In this document: in pieces, positions 25,857-40,135 of the stretch
Numbering within the stretch: position 1 is the first letter of the stretch
Layout: every line of letters starts with the position of its first letter
Assembly: GCF_001194135.2 (NCBI RefSeq)
Contig: NC_068982.1
Location: 167,440,824 to 167,504,823 of the forward strand
Origin: Octopus bimaculoides
Lineage: Eukaryota
DNA length: 64,000 nt
Direction of reading: 5' to 3'
Position numbers and translations under genes: made by a program
Notes under the pieces: generated by a model
Told to the model about the DNA's origin: nothing
Databases searched by the model: none
What the model saw: only the letters and a program-made list of their open reading frames with translations

Positions 25857-27329
25857 GTAAGATAGTTGTTTCTTTTATATTTCTAGTCTTCTATTTATAT
25901 GTTTAGTTGGAATTTTGCTTTTCCTTAATTTAACCATTAGGTGATATCAGTTATTTTATTAATTAGATTTTACTGAGAAACTGTGCCTTGGCAGAATTAC
26001 TGGGCTATTTTGTTTTGTCTCTTTCTGTCTTGAATTGAAATCACACTGCAGTTAACTTTGCTTTGTCATCCCCTGGGTGGGTTGTTTAAAATAAATTCTT
26101 CTCATGTATCAGAGTTGAATCAATGGGCTACATGAATGTGTTTCCTTGTGTTAATGTTAGAAATTATAATTTTATTCTTTCTCTGAAGGTTAGTAAAATT
26201 ATCCCTTTGTTGAATGTGCAATTAATATTTATCTTGCACAGATCTGTGGAATCAGTAGCTTGATTTTTTTTTTTTTTGTATTTGCATACGTCTATTAATG
26301 AGCTCATGAATCTCTCCTCACATTGCCCCCCCCCTCTTCCAGATACCCCCTACTGTATAGTTTTATGTTAATGCTGCAAGCCACTGAAGCCTGTCAGTTG
26401 TACAATATTCATACAACTTACAGTCATGAGCTATGCTTCCATGTGGTGCCTATTTGCAGACAGATGGACCAAGCCTTGTAAGAATGGCCATAGTCATGGT
26501 CACAATGAAATGGCTAAGAATGATTGTTACTGTCATTGAACGTTACTTTATTTCACTAATTGTTTTAGATATTAGCCCAGTGTTATGTTACATTACCATA
26601 CTGAATTATAATGAAGTGAATTGACAATGTTTATTCTTGCTACATCTGTTGAAATATCACTGAGGCTACTTTGCCGTTCATCCTTCTAGGGTTGATAAAT
26701 AAAGTACCAATCTCAGACAGTGGACCAACAGAATCATTAGTGTAGGAAGCGATGCTTTGTGGAGTTTGTTCTGATTTTTGTTTAAAGTTCAAATCCTGTT
26801 TTGGCCTACTGTAGTTGAATCCACTTTGATGAGAACATTCAGACTAAATATCCAGTTTGGAGATACATTTCTCCCTCCTTTCCACTAGCGTCAGGCATTC
26901 TGGAAAGAGTCAGGGGCATGGCACTTTCTCCTTACTAAAATAAATAAATACCAACTCTGAACAATTATTTTGCTTGTTTTCTTGACATTTCCCTTTTGAT
27001 TGAATTCAATTTCTTGACGAATGATCTAATTAGTATCTATTTATTGAAAATGATATGTGTGTGTATGTATATGAGTAGGAGAGTGAAAGAGAGAGGCTTG
27101 TGTATTGCCTGTGAGAATGTGGTTATAAAAAGACTACACCCTTGTTATAACATCGATTTTTATGTAACTGTTACAGAGTGTAGTGTGACATTGTTGAAAA
27201 GTAGGTACTCTGTTGTTTAGCATTACCCACAACCTTCCATACTTACATATTTAAGAATGTGCATGGATGGTGACTGAACTGATTTTTTTTTTCTTACATT
27301 TACACTGTTGCATTTTCCTTTGGTTCCAG

Positions 27330-27455
27330 TTTGAAGAAAATGAAAAGAAACGGATGAAATCTGAGTTTGCACGTCTAGAAACTAAACACAAGAAGCAATG
27401 GGATAAATTGCTCTTGGACAATGAGACCGCTCTCAAGGAATTGGAACAAATACAG
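27330..27455 (+). CDS. SLK: SLK exon (FEENEKKRMKSEFARLETKHKKQWDKLLLDNETALKELEQIQ)
   Basis: ttccag acceptor, GTAACT donor at 27456; 126 nt, phase 0-0. Confidence 0.93.
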
Positions 27456-28022
27456 GTAACTTAAAACAGTTTTATTTTAATGGTGATTGTGATGGTTGAA
27501 GGACAATGTAAACTGAATTGGGTATTGTTAAGTAATGTATCTATGAAATAGGGGAAGGGAAGGAAGGGAATAATTCGATCAAGACCAACGCAGCAGAATC
27601 AAATGAAACTCAACCCAGAAAGGGAATTTTTGCCAATCAGGTTTTCTTATGAACGTGATTTTGGGTTCTAGTAAATGTTAGTATTGACTTGCAATGCTTG
27701 AAGACATATGTTGATACCAGATGGCAGCTTGAGTATAAGTTAATGGTTGTAAATGGTAGCTAATATAGTGGTATGTGTGGACATATGATGTTAGTGAATG
27801 GTTTGTAGAATAGAGATGAGGATGTTATAGATATGATGGTGGTATGTGGTGAGAAGTGTTTGTAGTGGTGAGTGAGTGTGACATTGACATGTGATTGTTG
27901 TGGATGGTAACAAGGACAGCAGTAAGTGGAGTGGGGTTGTGTTTGTGGGAATGTGAGGTAATGATTTGTAGCTAGGATAGAGATCAATCATGAGAATTCT
28001 TCATAAATATTTTTCTATTCAG

Positions 28023-28136
28023 GCTGAGAAACGCAAGATGTTGATGGAGCATGAAACTCAAAAGATTAAAGAATTAGATGACCAGTATCAAAATCAACTC
28101 CGTAAATGGAAAAGTGAGTTGATTCCGCGGAAACAG
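28023..28136 (+). CDS. SLK: SLK exon (AEKRKMLMEHETQKIKELDDQYQNQLRKWKSELIPRKQ)
   Basis: ttctattcag acceptor, GTAAGC donor at 28137; 114 nt. Carries the conserved EK...L.EHETQK.K.LD and W...L.PRK motifs. Confidence 0.93.
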
Positions 28137-28282
28137 GTAAGCGAATGCATTGGATCTTTCAATATGACAGTACTTTTAATGACTAAATCGTTCATTATAT
28201 AATATTTGCTTAAGTTTTTAATCGAATCTTTGATTTACTGCTTTCTTTCAATCTCTTAAATTTGTAATTTTATTTTATGCAG

Positions 28283-28441
28283 AAACTAGAAGAAGAGTTT
28301 TTCCACCAGAAAGAAGATCAAGAAAAGTTTTATGGTAACACATTATTAGGTTCAGGTGATGGCAACTCTGAATCGAGTCTCAGTCCTGGAAGTCTACGAA
28401 AGAAGGATTCTTCCTCAGTTCGGCACTCAACAATTATATAG
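28283..28441 (+). CDS. SLK: SLK terminal coding exon (KLEEEFFHQKEDQEKFYG...RKKDSSSVRHSTII*)
   Basis: ttttatgcag acceptor; 159 nt ending in TAG at 28439-41; AATAAA hexamers downstream (~28548, ~28574). Confidence 0.9.
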   Translation, partial: KLEEEFFHQKEDQEKFYGNTLLGSGDGNSESSLSPGSLRKKDSSSVRHSTII

Positions 28442-28957
28442 GAGGAATTCTTCCTTTTCATCACTTTCAAACCAGAGATTCCTATGTAAAAATAATGATA
28501 ATTTTAATAATGATGATATGATAATAATAATTATAATAATAACATAATAATAAATATATTAATGATGATGAAAAATAAAGGACGACAACAAGAAAAGAAT
28601 GTGCTATAACTCCTCTCCTCTTTCAGTTAAACTGTCAGACACAAGTCTGTTATAGTTTGTAAGTATTTGATTGTATGAATGAAAGTGGAGCCCTCGTCCC
28701 ATCGATGGCTGTTTACTTGATCAGTTGATTAATTCCCCTAAATCATATTGATTGCAATCTTGAAAGCCTCATCTTCCTAATGCCTGTTATATACCCCCAC
28801 CTTTTGTTATAGGCTGTTTTTATTTTAACCATGATAAAAGCTTTCAGTTTAAAACTGAAGTTTGTTCTTTTTTTACATGTTTTTTTCTTGTTCTGTTACA
28901 CTGGAAAAATAAAACAAAACACTCGCACATGCACACACACACATGCACACACACATG

Positions 28958-29042
<85 letters not shown>

Positions 29043-29483
29043 AATACATGCCTGTTTACCATTCTACTTATCTTTGTGGTAAGAATTCTGTTTCTTGCAG
29101 AAATATTTTGTTAACATTCAACCTGTAAAAGTTTCCAGTAACTTCTGTATGATTTAATAAAAGCTAACTAAATTGTTGATCACTTATGTACAGATTTTAT
29201 CCTATGTGTCACAAACATGTCTACTTGTCAAACTATATTCATCTTTGTGTCTTTTGCAATTGAAAATTTGGGTTGTAGGGGAAAAGTGCAAAGGATTTTT
29301 TGGAGTTAAAAAAATGTTGATATCATTGGCAAATGATGCTTTTAGCTGTGTAATGGTATATTGAAATGTATTTAAATCTGTGATCTTCTTTATGAAATAG
29401 TTCATTCTTTTGTCAGTTTTAGAGTAAGTTGGGTATTCCAGCACTGAAAACAGTTCATTCAGGTTTTGATGGGCTGCAAAATC

Positions 29484-29517
<34 letters not shown>

Positions 29518-29997
29518 CATGCATGCATATATATATATATATATATAGATGATGATGATGATGATGATATACATATATATTTCAATGACTTAAACTGATA
29601 TGTGTGTGTGTGTACATGTTTGTATATGTGTATGTGCATGTACATCACACGCACATATTGTTGTTGTTAATTCTGTTAGAATTCAATTAAAGCAAAGTAT
29701 TCAGTACACCATGAAAAGTGTATAGTAATTTATTTAATAAGAAGTTACTCTTGCAATATTAATTATTCTGGTTACAATAATGGAGTATTCATCAGAAAGT
29801 TGGACAACGTTAGTAATGGCAATTACTCCCCCACATTCTCAAGTGAGACTGGACAAGACAGAGATAGTAGTCTTGTCTAGGCCCACTTAAACACAAACTT
29901 ATATAAGTGAGGAATCACTATGGATATCCCATTCTCTGATGAAATTCCATGAATGTCACAGAACTATTCCTGTCAGAGTCACTTTTCATTAAGTAAA

Positions 29998-30031
<34 letters not shown>

Positions 30032-30828
30032 CGTATGTATATATATATATATATGCACATACATGTTCATACACATATACACATGCATTTTATTTCTTTT
30101 CTGTTATAACATTTCAATAAAACTGAGCAGAGTTCAAGAATCTAATTTTAATTTTTTGTTTTAATATTTCACTATATTGACAACTATTTTCACTTTCAAA
30201 TTTATCTTTATTTTTTATTTTGCTTAAAGACGGTCTGTGACCTCTTAGAATAGTGGCTTATGAAGAATATTTTTCCTTAAAAAAGAAAAAAAAAACCCTT
30301 AAAAAAAAATGCCCCCAAAAGTCTTGGATTAATCTATTGATTTATTTTTTTCTTTCTAGATTAGAATTTAAATGTGTAAGTGTGACCATGCCAATGATGT
30401 TTTCTTTGCATATCTTCATTTCTCTGAAGTGTGGTAATTTAATATTGTACTATAATAATAATAATTATTATTATTTTTACTACTACTACTACTGTTCTAG
30501 ATTTTAAATAGTTTTGCAGTGGTGTAAAATTGATAACTTCTTTGTGGTACTTGGGCTTGATTCAAGGACTTATTATTATTATTATTATTATTATTATGAT
30601 TATTATTATTAAGCCAGTGTACTGGCAGAATCATTAGCACTCTGGACAAAATGCTTAGTGACATTTACTGTCTTTATGTTCTGAGTTCAAATGTTGCTGA
30701 GCGAGGTCAACTTTGTCTTTCATCGTTTTGGAGTTGATAAAATAAGTACCACCAGTTGAGTACTGAGATCAATGTAATTGACTTACACTCTCCCTTGAAA
30801 TTACTGGCCTGATGCCAAAATTTAAAAC

Positions 30829-30859
<31 letters not shown>

Positions 30860-31639
30860 GTTGTTAAGGCAGTTAGATGGCAGAATCATTTGCATGCTGG
30901 ATGAAATGCTTAGTGGTATTTTGCCTGTTGCTACATTCTGAGTTCAAATTCTGCTGAGGTTGACTTTGCCTTTGATCCTTTTGGGGTCGATAAATTAAGT
31001 ACCAGTGAAACACTGAAGTCAATGAAATCGACTTACCCCTCCTCCCCCAGGATTGCTGCCTTTGTGGAAAAATTTGAAACCCTTATCATCATCATCATCA
31101 TCATTATTATTATTATTATTATTCAGAGTGTCAGAAGAAATGCTTTGCAATATTTCTTTCAGTTCTTTATGTTCTGAGTTCAAGCCCAGTTGTAGCCAAC
31201 ATTGTCTTTCATCCTTTTGGGTTTGATAAAATAATTACCAGTTGAGTACTGGTATTCATTTATTTGATGTAATTGACTAACCCCCTCCTTCTACAATTAC
31301 TGGCCTTGTGCCAAAATTTGAAACAATTATTATTATTATTATTGTTGTTATTATAGCTTGGCCTTGTGCCTATGTAAAAATCATATAATAATAATTATTA
31401 TTATCAGTTGGAATGGCAGAGAGAATTGGGAAGACATTTAATGCTCTCACATAAAATCCTGCCAGAAATAACTTTGCCTTTTAATCATATGGCATCAATA
31501 AATTTGACCCAGTTATGCACTGGGGTCAATAAAATTGAGTACATCCCTTTCATAAAATGGTAGACGTTGTGCCAAAATTAGAAATCATTATTGTTATTAT
31601 TATTATTATTATTAATCTCCTCATCAGCCTCAATATTTT

Positions 31640-34270
31640 ATGCTGTTTTTCTAAGCATGCATGATTGGGACAGGTCTTCTCTGACAACAGCATATTACCA
31701 CATGTTGTGGTCCTTTGTCATTTCTTTCATGAAGGCCAGCCTCTTGATGTCAGCTTTCAGCACTTCTTGTGTCTTCTTTGGTCTTCCTCTTTCACAAGAT
31801 TCCTTCCACCTGGATTGCTTGGCACTTTTTCACACAAATATCATCTTCCACATGTGTTGTATGTTTGAACCAGCCTCACACTATACCTGATTCCTCTTCT
31901 ACCCAGTTTTTCTCTTCCCTCATTTGTACTTCATCACTCATGCAGACTAACAATACACATCTAGTGGAGCATACTTGCCTCATATTTTTTTTCTCTGTTG
32001 TTATACATTTTCTACATTCAATACCCTTGTTTCACTACCATGCAAAATTACACTTTATACAACCATCATACAATCTGCCTTTTACTTGGATTGAGAATCC
32101 CCTTGTTATCAGTAGAAACGATAATGCCCTGAACTTCTTTTCTACCTCATTTTTACTCTGTTTACTATGCTTTCAAAACACTCATATTCAGTGCTTATTA
32201 GATCTCAGAAGCAATAGAAGCTATGAAACTATTTTTAGTAAGCCTTCTGAACATTTGAAATAGTTATTCAATGGGTGCTCTTACTGCTAACTATTCCTGT
32301 GCATCTGTTGCATACAAAGTCTTCCTTCTCTTTCAGTCTGCCTTTCATCTCTCTCTGTCTCATGTGCACCTATAGTTTATGCTGGGTACATTGTGTATGG
32401 AATTCTTTTGTACTTCTTTTCTGCATATTGAATAAGACCACTTTCCAGATGACAGTAGAATCCTGTTTTCTTTCCTGTTAAATTGACTTTAATATTTGCT
32501 AGGTTCTCTTTGAAGACTTTCAATTCTAGGTTTTGCTATCACATTAGGAATTTCTTCCATAAATCTTAAACAGTTTCAGTTAGAAGAACAGTATCATTGG
32601 TATACATGAGTTCCAGTGCATTGCCATGGCTTAGAGCAGGGGTTTTCAAACTTTTTGACTTGTGGACCCCTTTATATTTCAGGTTTTACCTTAGGGACCC
32701 CCTTATAAACGCTTATGAAATTTACACATAAATATTTGCTTAAAATAACATTTTTACATTTATTTATTTATTAAATAGGTTTATTGTCAATTAAAAGATT
32801 TCGATTAAAAAACATATATAAAATCAAATTGCCCATAAAAAGTATTTGCTGTCCACGGACCCCCTGTCTTGTCCTTGCGGACCCCCTGTGGTCCGGGGAC
32901 CACAGTTTGAAAGCCCCTGGCTTAGAGAACTATCGTAAACAAAAGGAGACAGAGAACCAGCACTGATTGACACCTACCTCCACATCAGATTTCTCACTGA
33001 ACCTGCTAGCTCTCTTCTTGCTTACAATCTATCTGTACATGGCTTGCACAGCTCCTTCAAGCAATTCATTTACCTTTAGTTTTCTTAATGACCACTATAG
33101 ACTACACAGCATGTTACCCAGCCAAATACCTTCTCCAGGTCAATGGATGCTAGATATAGTGGCTTGCATTCAGTTAAAACTGCTTCCTTTTTCAAGAGGA
33201 AAAGAGCATTAGTAGTACTTCATCCTGGAAAAATCTAAATTGCCTCTCATCTAAGCTAATTCTCTTCCTAATCTGTGGTGCTATAATATTTTCAGTTACT
33301 TTCATAACTTAAACCAGCTTGGTGACTCTATTGTTGAATCTTTCCAGAGCATCTCCTTGCCCTTGTAGCAGTTGATGATAGTACTACCATACCAGTAATT
33401 TTGGTATGACACCTATATACTAACAGATTATGTAAGTGTTTAGCACATAGCCTACTTCACCGAATATTTTCAATATCTCAGCAACTATTCCTGCATTCAT
33501 ACCCTTAATAGCACTTTTGACCATATAGCAGTCAACTTCAATAGCTGGTCCCTTTGTTGGCTCTACTTGGGATAGTACCTTTCTTCTACATATTTCCCTC
33601 ATTCAGCAACCTTTTATAGAAACGTTTTCAAGCTTTTTCTTTCTTGGTGCCAGTACACACTTTTCCCTACCAATATCTAATTCATATTGACACAACCAGG
33701 GACATCTCATGCATCTGATCTTCACATTGTAAAACACTGGCAAACCTCTTTCAGCCTCCCTTTTTGCTATGTGTACCTGATATCTGATGTAGTATTTTGC
33801 TCCCCACTTCCAGTCTTTCTTTCTAGGTTTGCGTCTTGCTACAATGGCCCTATCCACCACCCCATTCTACCATTATGTTACATTTTACCTGATTAGGATT
33901 TTGAACCATCCACAGATCCAATTCTCTGTTTCACAGCAAGTTGTCTTATAGAAACTCTCAGTTGTCTTCTGTGTTATAGGCCTCTATCTCCTCTTTCTTT
34001 TCAATATGCTTGTCACCTTTTTTGAACCCACATCTAGCAGAGGAATCTTTCAGCTTCTATATATTCTTTCTTCATGTTGTCTAATGTCACTAATCACTAG
34101 TCTTTGTTAGTGGTACATTCTTCATTGGGGTAAGATTCGGTATTCACAACCATCTGTTTGTTTCCTGATGTGTAAGAAGTCAATTTGTGGGTTTGCCTGA
34201 TTTGTATGTGATCAGGTGGTTGGCCAGTTTCCTGAAGTTAATGTTGCATTACAGAACTTCAGTGTTAATA
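31640..34270 (-). mobile_element. Decayed RTE-clade LINE (end of APE endonuclease, reverse transcriptase, C-terminus), interrupted by a MITE
   Basis: Broken minus-strand frames resemble RTE ORF motifs: HLITYKSG..QIDF; GPAIEVD..MVKSAIKGM; STIINCYKGKGDALER; PLYLASIDLEK; VLKADIKRL..KEMTKDH. Confidence 0.85.
32637..32919. mobile_element. 283-bp hAT-like MITE nested in an RTE LINE
   Basis: 16-bp TIR CAGGGG(T/C)TTTCAAACT; perfect 8-bp TSD GCTTAGAG at 32629-36 and 32920-27. Confidence 0.9.
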
Positions 34271-36512
34271 CTTATAGTGGTATCAATAGTAAAATTAATA
34301 ATTTTCAAGAGATAGTTTTCTTAATGAAGGTACTATATAAAAACAAAAAAATATTTTTACTCTGCTTTGGTAAGAGAAGGGGATAAATGTTTCAAGCAGT
34401 TCCAGTTTTTGGAAGTTAAGAATTTATCCCCAATTTGACATGAAGTTTATATTTCTACTGATGAAATTAAAAATGTTGCAATTCATTGATGATTAATATT
34501 TTCATATTATCTTTCTCTGTCTGTCTGTCATGTTGTAGAATTTTTGAATGACTGCATCTGCCTGCTTAGAATTCTTGAGAGGCAGCTATGCAACTGAGAA
34601 TAATAAAAATGTTAATAAGTAGAATGATGTTTTGTACAAAATATAAGGTCCCTGTGGGATAGCTACTGTGGAGTGGTATCTATATCTGTAAGATGGTAAT
34701 ACAAATTAGGTTATCAAATATTAAACCATAAAACAAAAAAAACAGGAAAAAATGTATTTTGGCAACATTGAAAAATTTTCTGCTGTATCAATGTAGGAGA
34801 GAAAATATATATATATATAAAATAACAACCCAAACCACAGAGCTGTTATAGAACCATATATAAATAATGCTTTTCTTGTATACATAAATATATTTTTATA
34901 TATTATGCACACTTACATAATTTTTGAGTGTCTTTTAAATGTTAGTAGCTAAATATTATGTTTTACCGTTTTCCAAATAGATGTGTACAGATTTTAGATT
35001 AAACCTAAATGTTTTTGAAAACATTATTTAGAATTGTTGGAATGTTTGTTTCACTAATTTATCAAGATTCCCCTCTTTCTGGTAATTTGATATTTTCTCT
35101 GTTTTTGTTTTCTTTTTATTTCAAACAATCTATTTAAAAAGTAATAGAAATGGTCAAATGTAAAGAGTACTCAGCTAACAACTCATGAGTCTTGAATTCA
35201 TAATCTATTGTCACTGTTTACCTGTTATCTCTGAGCAGTAGATTTAAATTTTTATGCTTTGCTTCACATAGAGTGAGAATTGGAGTTACAACTGAATTTT
35301 TTTTAAAAACAGTTTACCTCTGATAGACTAAGCACTTATCTAAGGCTAGACTAGTCTCACATTACATTACTGAAGCTAAAAAATGCATCAGCTTTGTTTA
35401 TTGCAAGTAACATTTTTATAATTCATTTAATTTTTCATAGAGATATTTTCTCTAATTTCTTCACTTGTATTACATGTTTCTTAGCAGTCTACTCCTATTC
35501 TCTTATTCCACCTTTCCCTATTTGAAAGCACTATTGGTATTTCTTGTTATTTTCACCTATTCATTGCATTCTGAGTTCAAATCCTGCCAAGGCTGGCTTA
35601 AAATTTCAGCTCTCAGGTGTTGATAAAGCAAGTAACTATGATATACTGCGAATCGATTCAATCAACGACCCATTTTTATTACAAATTTGTGGCCTCATGC
35701 CAAAGAATCACTAAAAACGTTGTATTCAGTTACATCCCTTTATGGTGTAAATTCAAACCCCATTGAAAAAAATATGTACCAAATTCTCTTCTAATACCAT
35801 TATTATTAGCGTTGTTTTCCACCAGAATATAGGTATTCTCGTACAGTTCTGCTCTATTCTTGTCAGTAATATTTATATATTCCTTCTAAACTCTCGACAT
35901 CAGTTAAAAACTCGCAGCATAAAGCTCAATTTATCTGTCAAAAAAACCCAATTGAACCAAATAACTACTAATTCAAGGGACATAATCCGTCTAATTGTCC
36001 GTCTAGATTTTCCTCCCCTTGATATTTTACCCATATTTCTCTCCAACGAAACATTTCGTNNNNNNNNNNNNNNNNNNNNNNNNNNNNNNNNNNNNNNNNN
36101 NNNNNNNNNNNNNNNNNNNNNNNNNNNNNNNNNNNNNNNNNNNNNNNNNNNNNNNNNNNNNNNNNNNNNNNNNNNNNNNNNNNNNNNNNNNNNNNNNNNN
36201 NNNNNNNNNNNNNNNNNNNNNNNNNNNNNNNNNNNNNNNNNNNNNNNNNNNNNNNNNNNNNNNNNNNNNNNNNNNNNNNNNNNNNNNNNNNNNNNNNNNN
36301 NNNNNNNNNNNNNNNNNNNNNNNNNNNNNNNNNNNNNNNNNNNNNNNNTATTAAAAAAAAAAATTAGACTAGAACGGTAAAATTCTTTTTGCTGTAAAAC
36401 TAGTTTTGTTCATTATTATATTTTGAAATTCTATAATTAGTGTGAGTGATAGAAAGAAAAAAAAAAAGTAACAATCCAATTTCCAGTTTGTTTTGTGATA
36501 TGATACGTTTAA

Positions 36513-36553
<41 letters not shown>

Positions 36554-38214
36554 AGTAGAGTAGAGAGGTGAGGTAGATAGAATGTGAGAGAATATCTTTT
36601 AAATTCTATTGGGTCTTTGTGAATACCATATGGTGACTGAATCAAGAGCAAGATATTTCAATGGATCATACACCCTGCCAAGTGACACTGATGGGAGGAT
36701 CTGAACTCTGCAATTACATAGTGCTCCTGCCTGCTGTCGCATACACTGCAAAGTTGAACATACACATGATACCAGTTTCTAGATTTGTGATTAGTATCTT
36801 GACCATGGACACAGGTCAGTGGTAATTATAAGACATGGACTATTAATAACCTTGTTCAACATTCTATTGGCTTTACCCTCTGTAGCTCTCTAACAAAAAA
36901 TGACTGTTTGTTTTTTTTTTTTTTTCTCAAATTGGATGAATAATAAAAGTTTATTCTATTTTGAGTTATAATCTATGATAATTGCATGATAATTGCCCTG
37001 AAAGGATTGCTTGAAAGTTCTATTTGAAATATTTGTATGTTAAATCTATTGATATTTTGTCTTTTCATTTGTTTCCTTAATATAGAAACTGAATCACCAC
37101 TTCCCGTTCTACCTCAGAAATTCTCTGAGATTTTCCATCTGTCAATCTTTCTAAGCAATACAATTTACTATAAAGAAAATTTTTATCACACCATATTTAC
37201 AAGATTTTTTTCTTTTACATTACATTTATCAATTACTATTTTTTTTATCGGGATTTTATGTTAGTACTTGACACACATTTGCATGTTCATGCAAATGCAT
37301 GCACCTCCACAAACACAACTACATACTGTAAACCAGGTCATCATGGAATGACAGACTTGAAACTTATTAATTGAAAGTAGACTGGGTTTGATTATCATCA
37401 TCAGTATAGTTATAATGTTTGAAAAATAAGCTAGATATATAAAAGTGATAGAGGATATTTGAAAAAAAGAAAAGGAGATTGAAGAATGCAAATATGCCTT
37501 GAATAATGCACATGTGTATACACATTATTCAAGACCAGAATGTACATGTATACATATGTTGTGTTGTTATATTTTGTTTTAAACACATGCACATAATGTG
37601 TATATATAAGACCTTAAACAGTTAGGATATATGCAATACAAATAATGGATAAATGAACATAATAAAGGAAACAAGTAATGAAAATGCAAGCAAAGGTAGA
37701 TACCACAAAACAAAGAAAGTGAAGCTTATAGAACTAATCTAGATTCTAATAAGAAATATATATTAGTGACAGAGGCAGTATTAATACTGGGAGGTAATGT
37801 TTATCCTCACTTCAACTTCTAAGAGAACAACCAACAATTCCAAATATATACGTACCTGCAGTGGAAATGAGATATCCAACATAAGAGATAACTATCTGGT
37901 TGATAAAAAATGTGTCAATATAAGTATTGATCTTATGAAAACCAATGAGTGTCATGCAAACAATGTTAGCATCCTGCATAACCATTCCTTGAATATGATT
38001 AAAAACAAAAAGAGAATGATTGGAAATCTAATTTGACCTGGTTTAATCTTCCATACTCGATGTTACTCAAAAATAATATTCTCAAAACGTTCTTTAACAT
38101 CCTTAAGAAAAACTTTCATACCCAGCACAGATACATAAGATATCTAATACATCCACAGTCAAACTATCATACTCCACTATCTCAAATTTGGGAAATAGCA
38201 TAGTAACTGCAAAT

Positions 38215-38467
38215 CAGGGACGTGCCGCCTAGGAGGGCACAATTCGCCCCTGCTTCTCAATCTCAGTATTTAAGCTACGCATAGTGCTGCTGTAGCACAC
38301 GTGCTGCATACACTTCTACAACACCGATTTCTTTACGTGCTATAAAGGCAGATTTACTTTTGCTTTCAACTCAGTCGCGCGCCTGTGCTTCGCTTATTTT
38401 TCGTGTGTTTTACTACATAAAGGTCACCAACTGCCTACCTTGAGTAATTATTATCGGCACGTGCCTG
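38215..38467. mobile_element. 253-bp hAT-like MITE
   Basis: TIR CAGGGACGTGCCG / CGGCACGTGCCTG; TSD CTGCAAAT versus CTGCAAAC (7 of 8 identical). Confidence 0.75.
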
Positions 38468-38754
38468 CTGCAAACCATTATAAATTAAGACAAAGAAAAA
38501 AAGGACCTCACGAAAGAACACTATATGATAATTCAAAAGAGATTAAATCTGTCTCGAATACTAACAATAAGACTAGTAACAAAAATTAAAAAAAGAGTAT
38601 TCAATACTCCTCATGAAAGAGTCCTATCTATTATTGATAAGTTAACCAATTTAGATACGTCAGATATTCCACAAACCCCACTGAAACTGAACTTAACTAC
38701 ATCTTACAAAGATAGAACAAATATTAATAAAACCACTACTAGTCATAATAATAA

Positions 38755-39040
38755 TGATGGTGAACTCTCCGGTCGAAGACGACGTGTGAGTGTTCAGTGT
38801 TTGCTGAACGACCTGCACAAATGATTTGTAGTGATCAAATGTATGTGCTGTACAATTTGCTCACACCTTCAAATCCATAGGTGCACAAGAATACCACACG
38901 TCAGATGTCGAAATGATCACATAGCAACGTGAGATGAAGTGTTTGGCTCTTGAACACGACGCACGGCCCCCTGTCCGGTGATCGAACATACGATCTGATG
39001 ATTGTGAATGCAACACCTAAACCATTAAGCCACTTGCTTT
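38755..39040 (+). mobile_element. Interspersed repeat family D; second copy at about 44870-45165
   Basis: Both copies share GACTCTCC/AACTCTCC.GTCGAAGACGAC....GAGT.TTCAG...TTGCTGAACGACCTGCACAAATGATTTG. Confidence 0.75.
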
Positions 39041-39267
39041 CACAATAATAATAATAATAATGCTTTCTACTATAGGCACAAGGCCTGAAATTTGGGGGTA
39101 GGGGACTAGTCGACCCCAGTCTTTTACTGGTACTTAATGTATCAACCCCAAAAAGATGAAAGGCAAAGTCGACCTCGGCAGAATTTGAACTCAGAGCGCA
39201 GCGGCAGACGAAATACTGTTAAGCATATCGCCCAGCATGCTAACGATTCTGCCAGCTCACTGCCTAT

Positions 39268-40135
39268 AATAATAATGATTTCATTTATTTGCCACAAGGG
39301 TGAAATATAAGGGGAACAATGCAAAAAAAAGACATAGAGAGTGGGGGGTTTACATATAATGAAATGATACATTTAAAAAAAAAGAAAGTATACACGTTGT
39401 ATACTGAGAAAAAAGGGACATATGCATAGCATACAATGGTTTAAAAAAAGTGGCATGGAAGATGATAGGGATGCGGGCCTCCTGATACAGGAAAACCTCT
39501 AGGGATAATCGAGGAACCCCACTGTTCGAGATTTCCCTGAAACCCCAAGAACAAGTGCCCTCTCCAATTCCTTCTCTCCGACTTACAGGTCTACACAGAG
39601 AGAGGTACCATCCAATCTTGCCATTTTCGAAAGTTTCTCCCAACTTCCCTCTTGATCTCCTTGAAGTCTATGAGAGCTCTACCAAAGAGGAATGTATCTG
39701 TCATCATGCCGTTCAGTTTAGTCCACTAAACCTTTTTCGCCACAGCCACCAGGTAAAGGAAAACTGCCTTGCCTGCCCGATTGAAGGAGGGCGGCGGGGT
39801 GATCATCACTACAGACTACCCCGACAGACGGGTCCGTCCCACGCGTGACAGCAGCTGTTCGACATAACCTCACAAGTCAGCAATGCCCGGACACTGAACG
39901 AGTTTCGTCACTCTGCGCACACCTTGGACAAGCCCGTCTGACAGTACATCCGTGCCTGTAACTCTGCCAGCCAAGGACATCTGGAAATTATCCATGATAA
40001 TTCCCGACCGGAAAGTCCTCCGGAACAGACCAGTCAATTCGTTTTCGTCAGCGCCTTGAGTCTCCCCGAAGATGTCGTCGCACTTCTCCGCTACTGATTT
40101 CTTAATTTTTGAAGCGGAACATCCACCGATCCAGC
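39268..40135 (-). mobile_element. 3' fragment of a Tx1/L1-clade LINE
   Basis: GC-rich island; minus-strand frames give RCAQSDET, LVQCPGIADL*GYVEQLLSRVGR and ITPPPSF, resembling the C-terminal zinc-finger region of Tx1-type ORF2; AATAAA and (AAT) tail at the low end. Confidence 0.65.

Noticed and set aside
37950-37985. SRCR-like MQDANIVC..L.GF motif in the candidate minus-strand exon
   Set aside because: The other SRCR hallmarks (GRVEV, WGTVC, spaced cysteines) are absent; probably coincidental.
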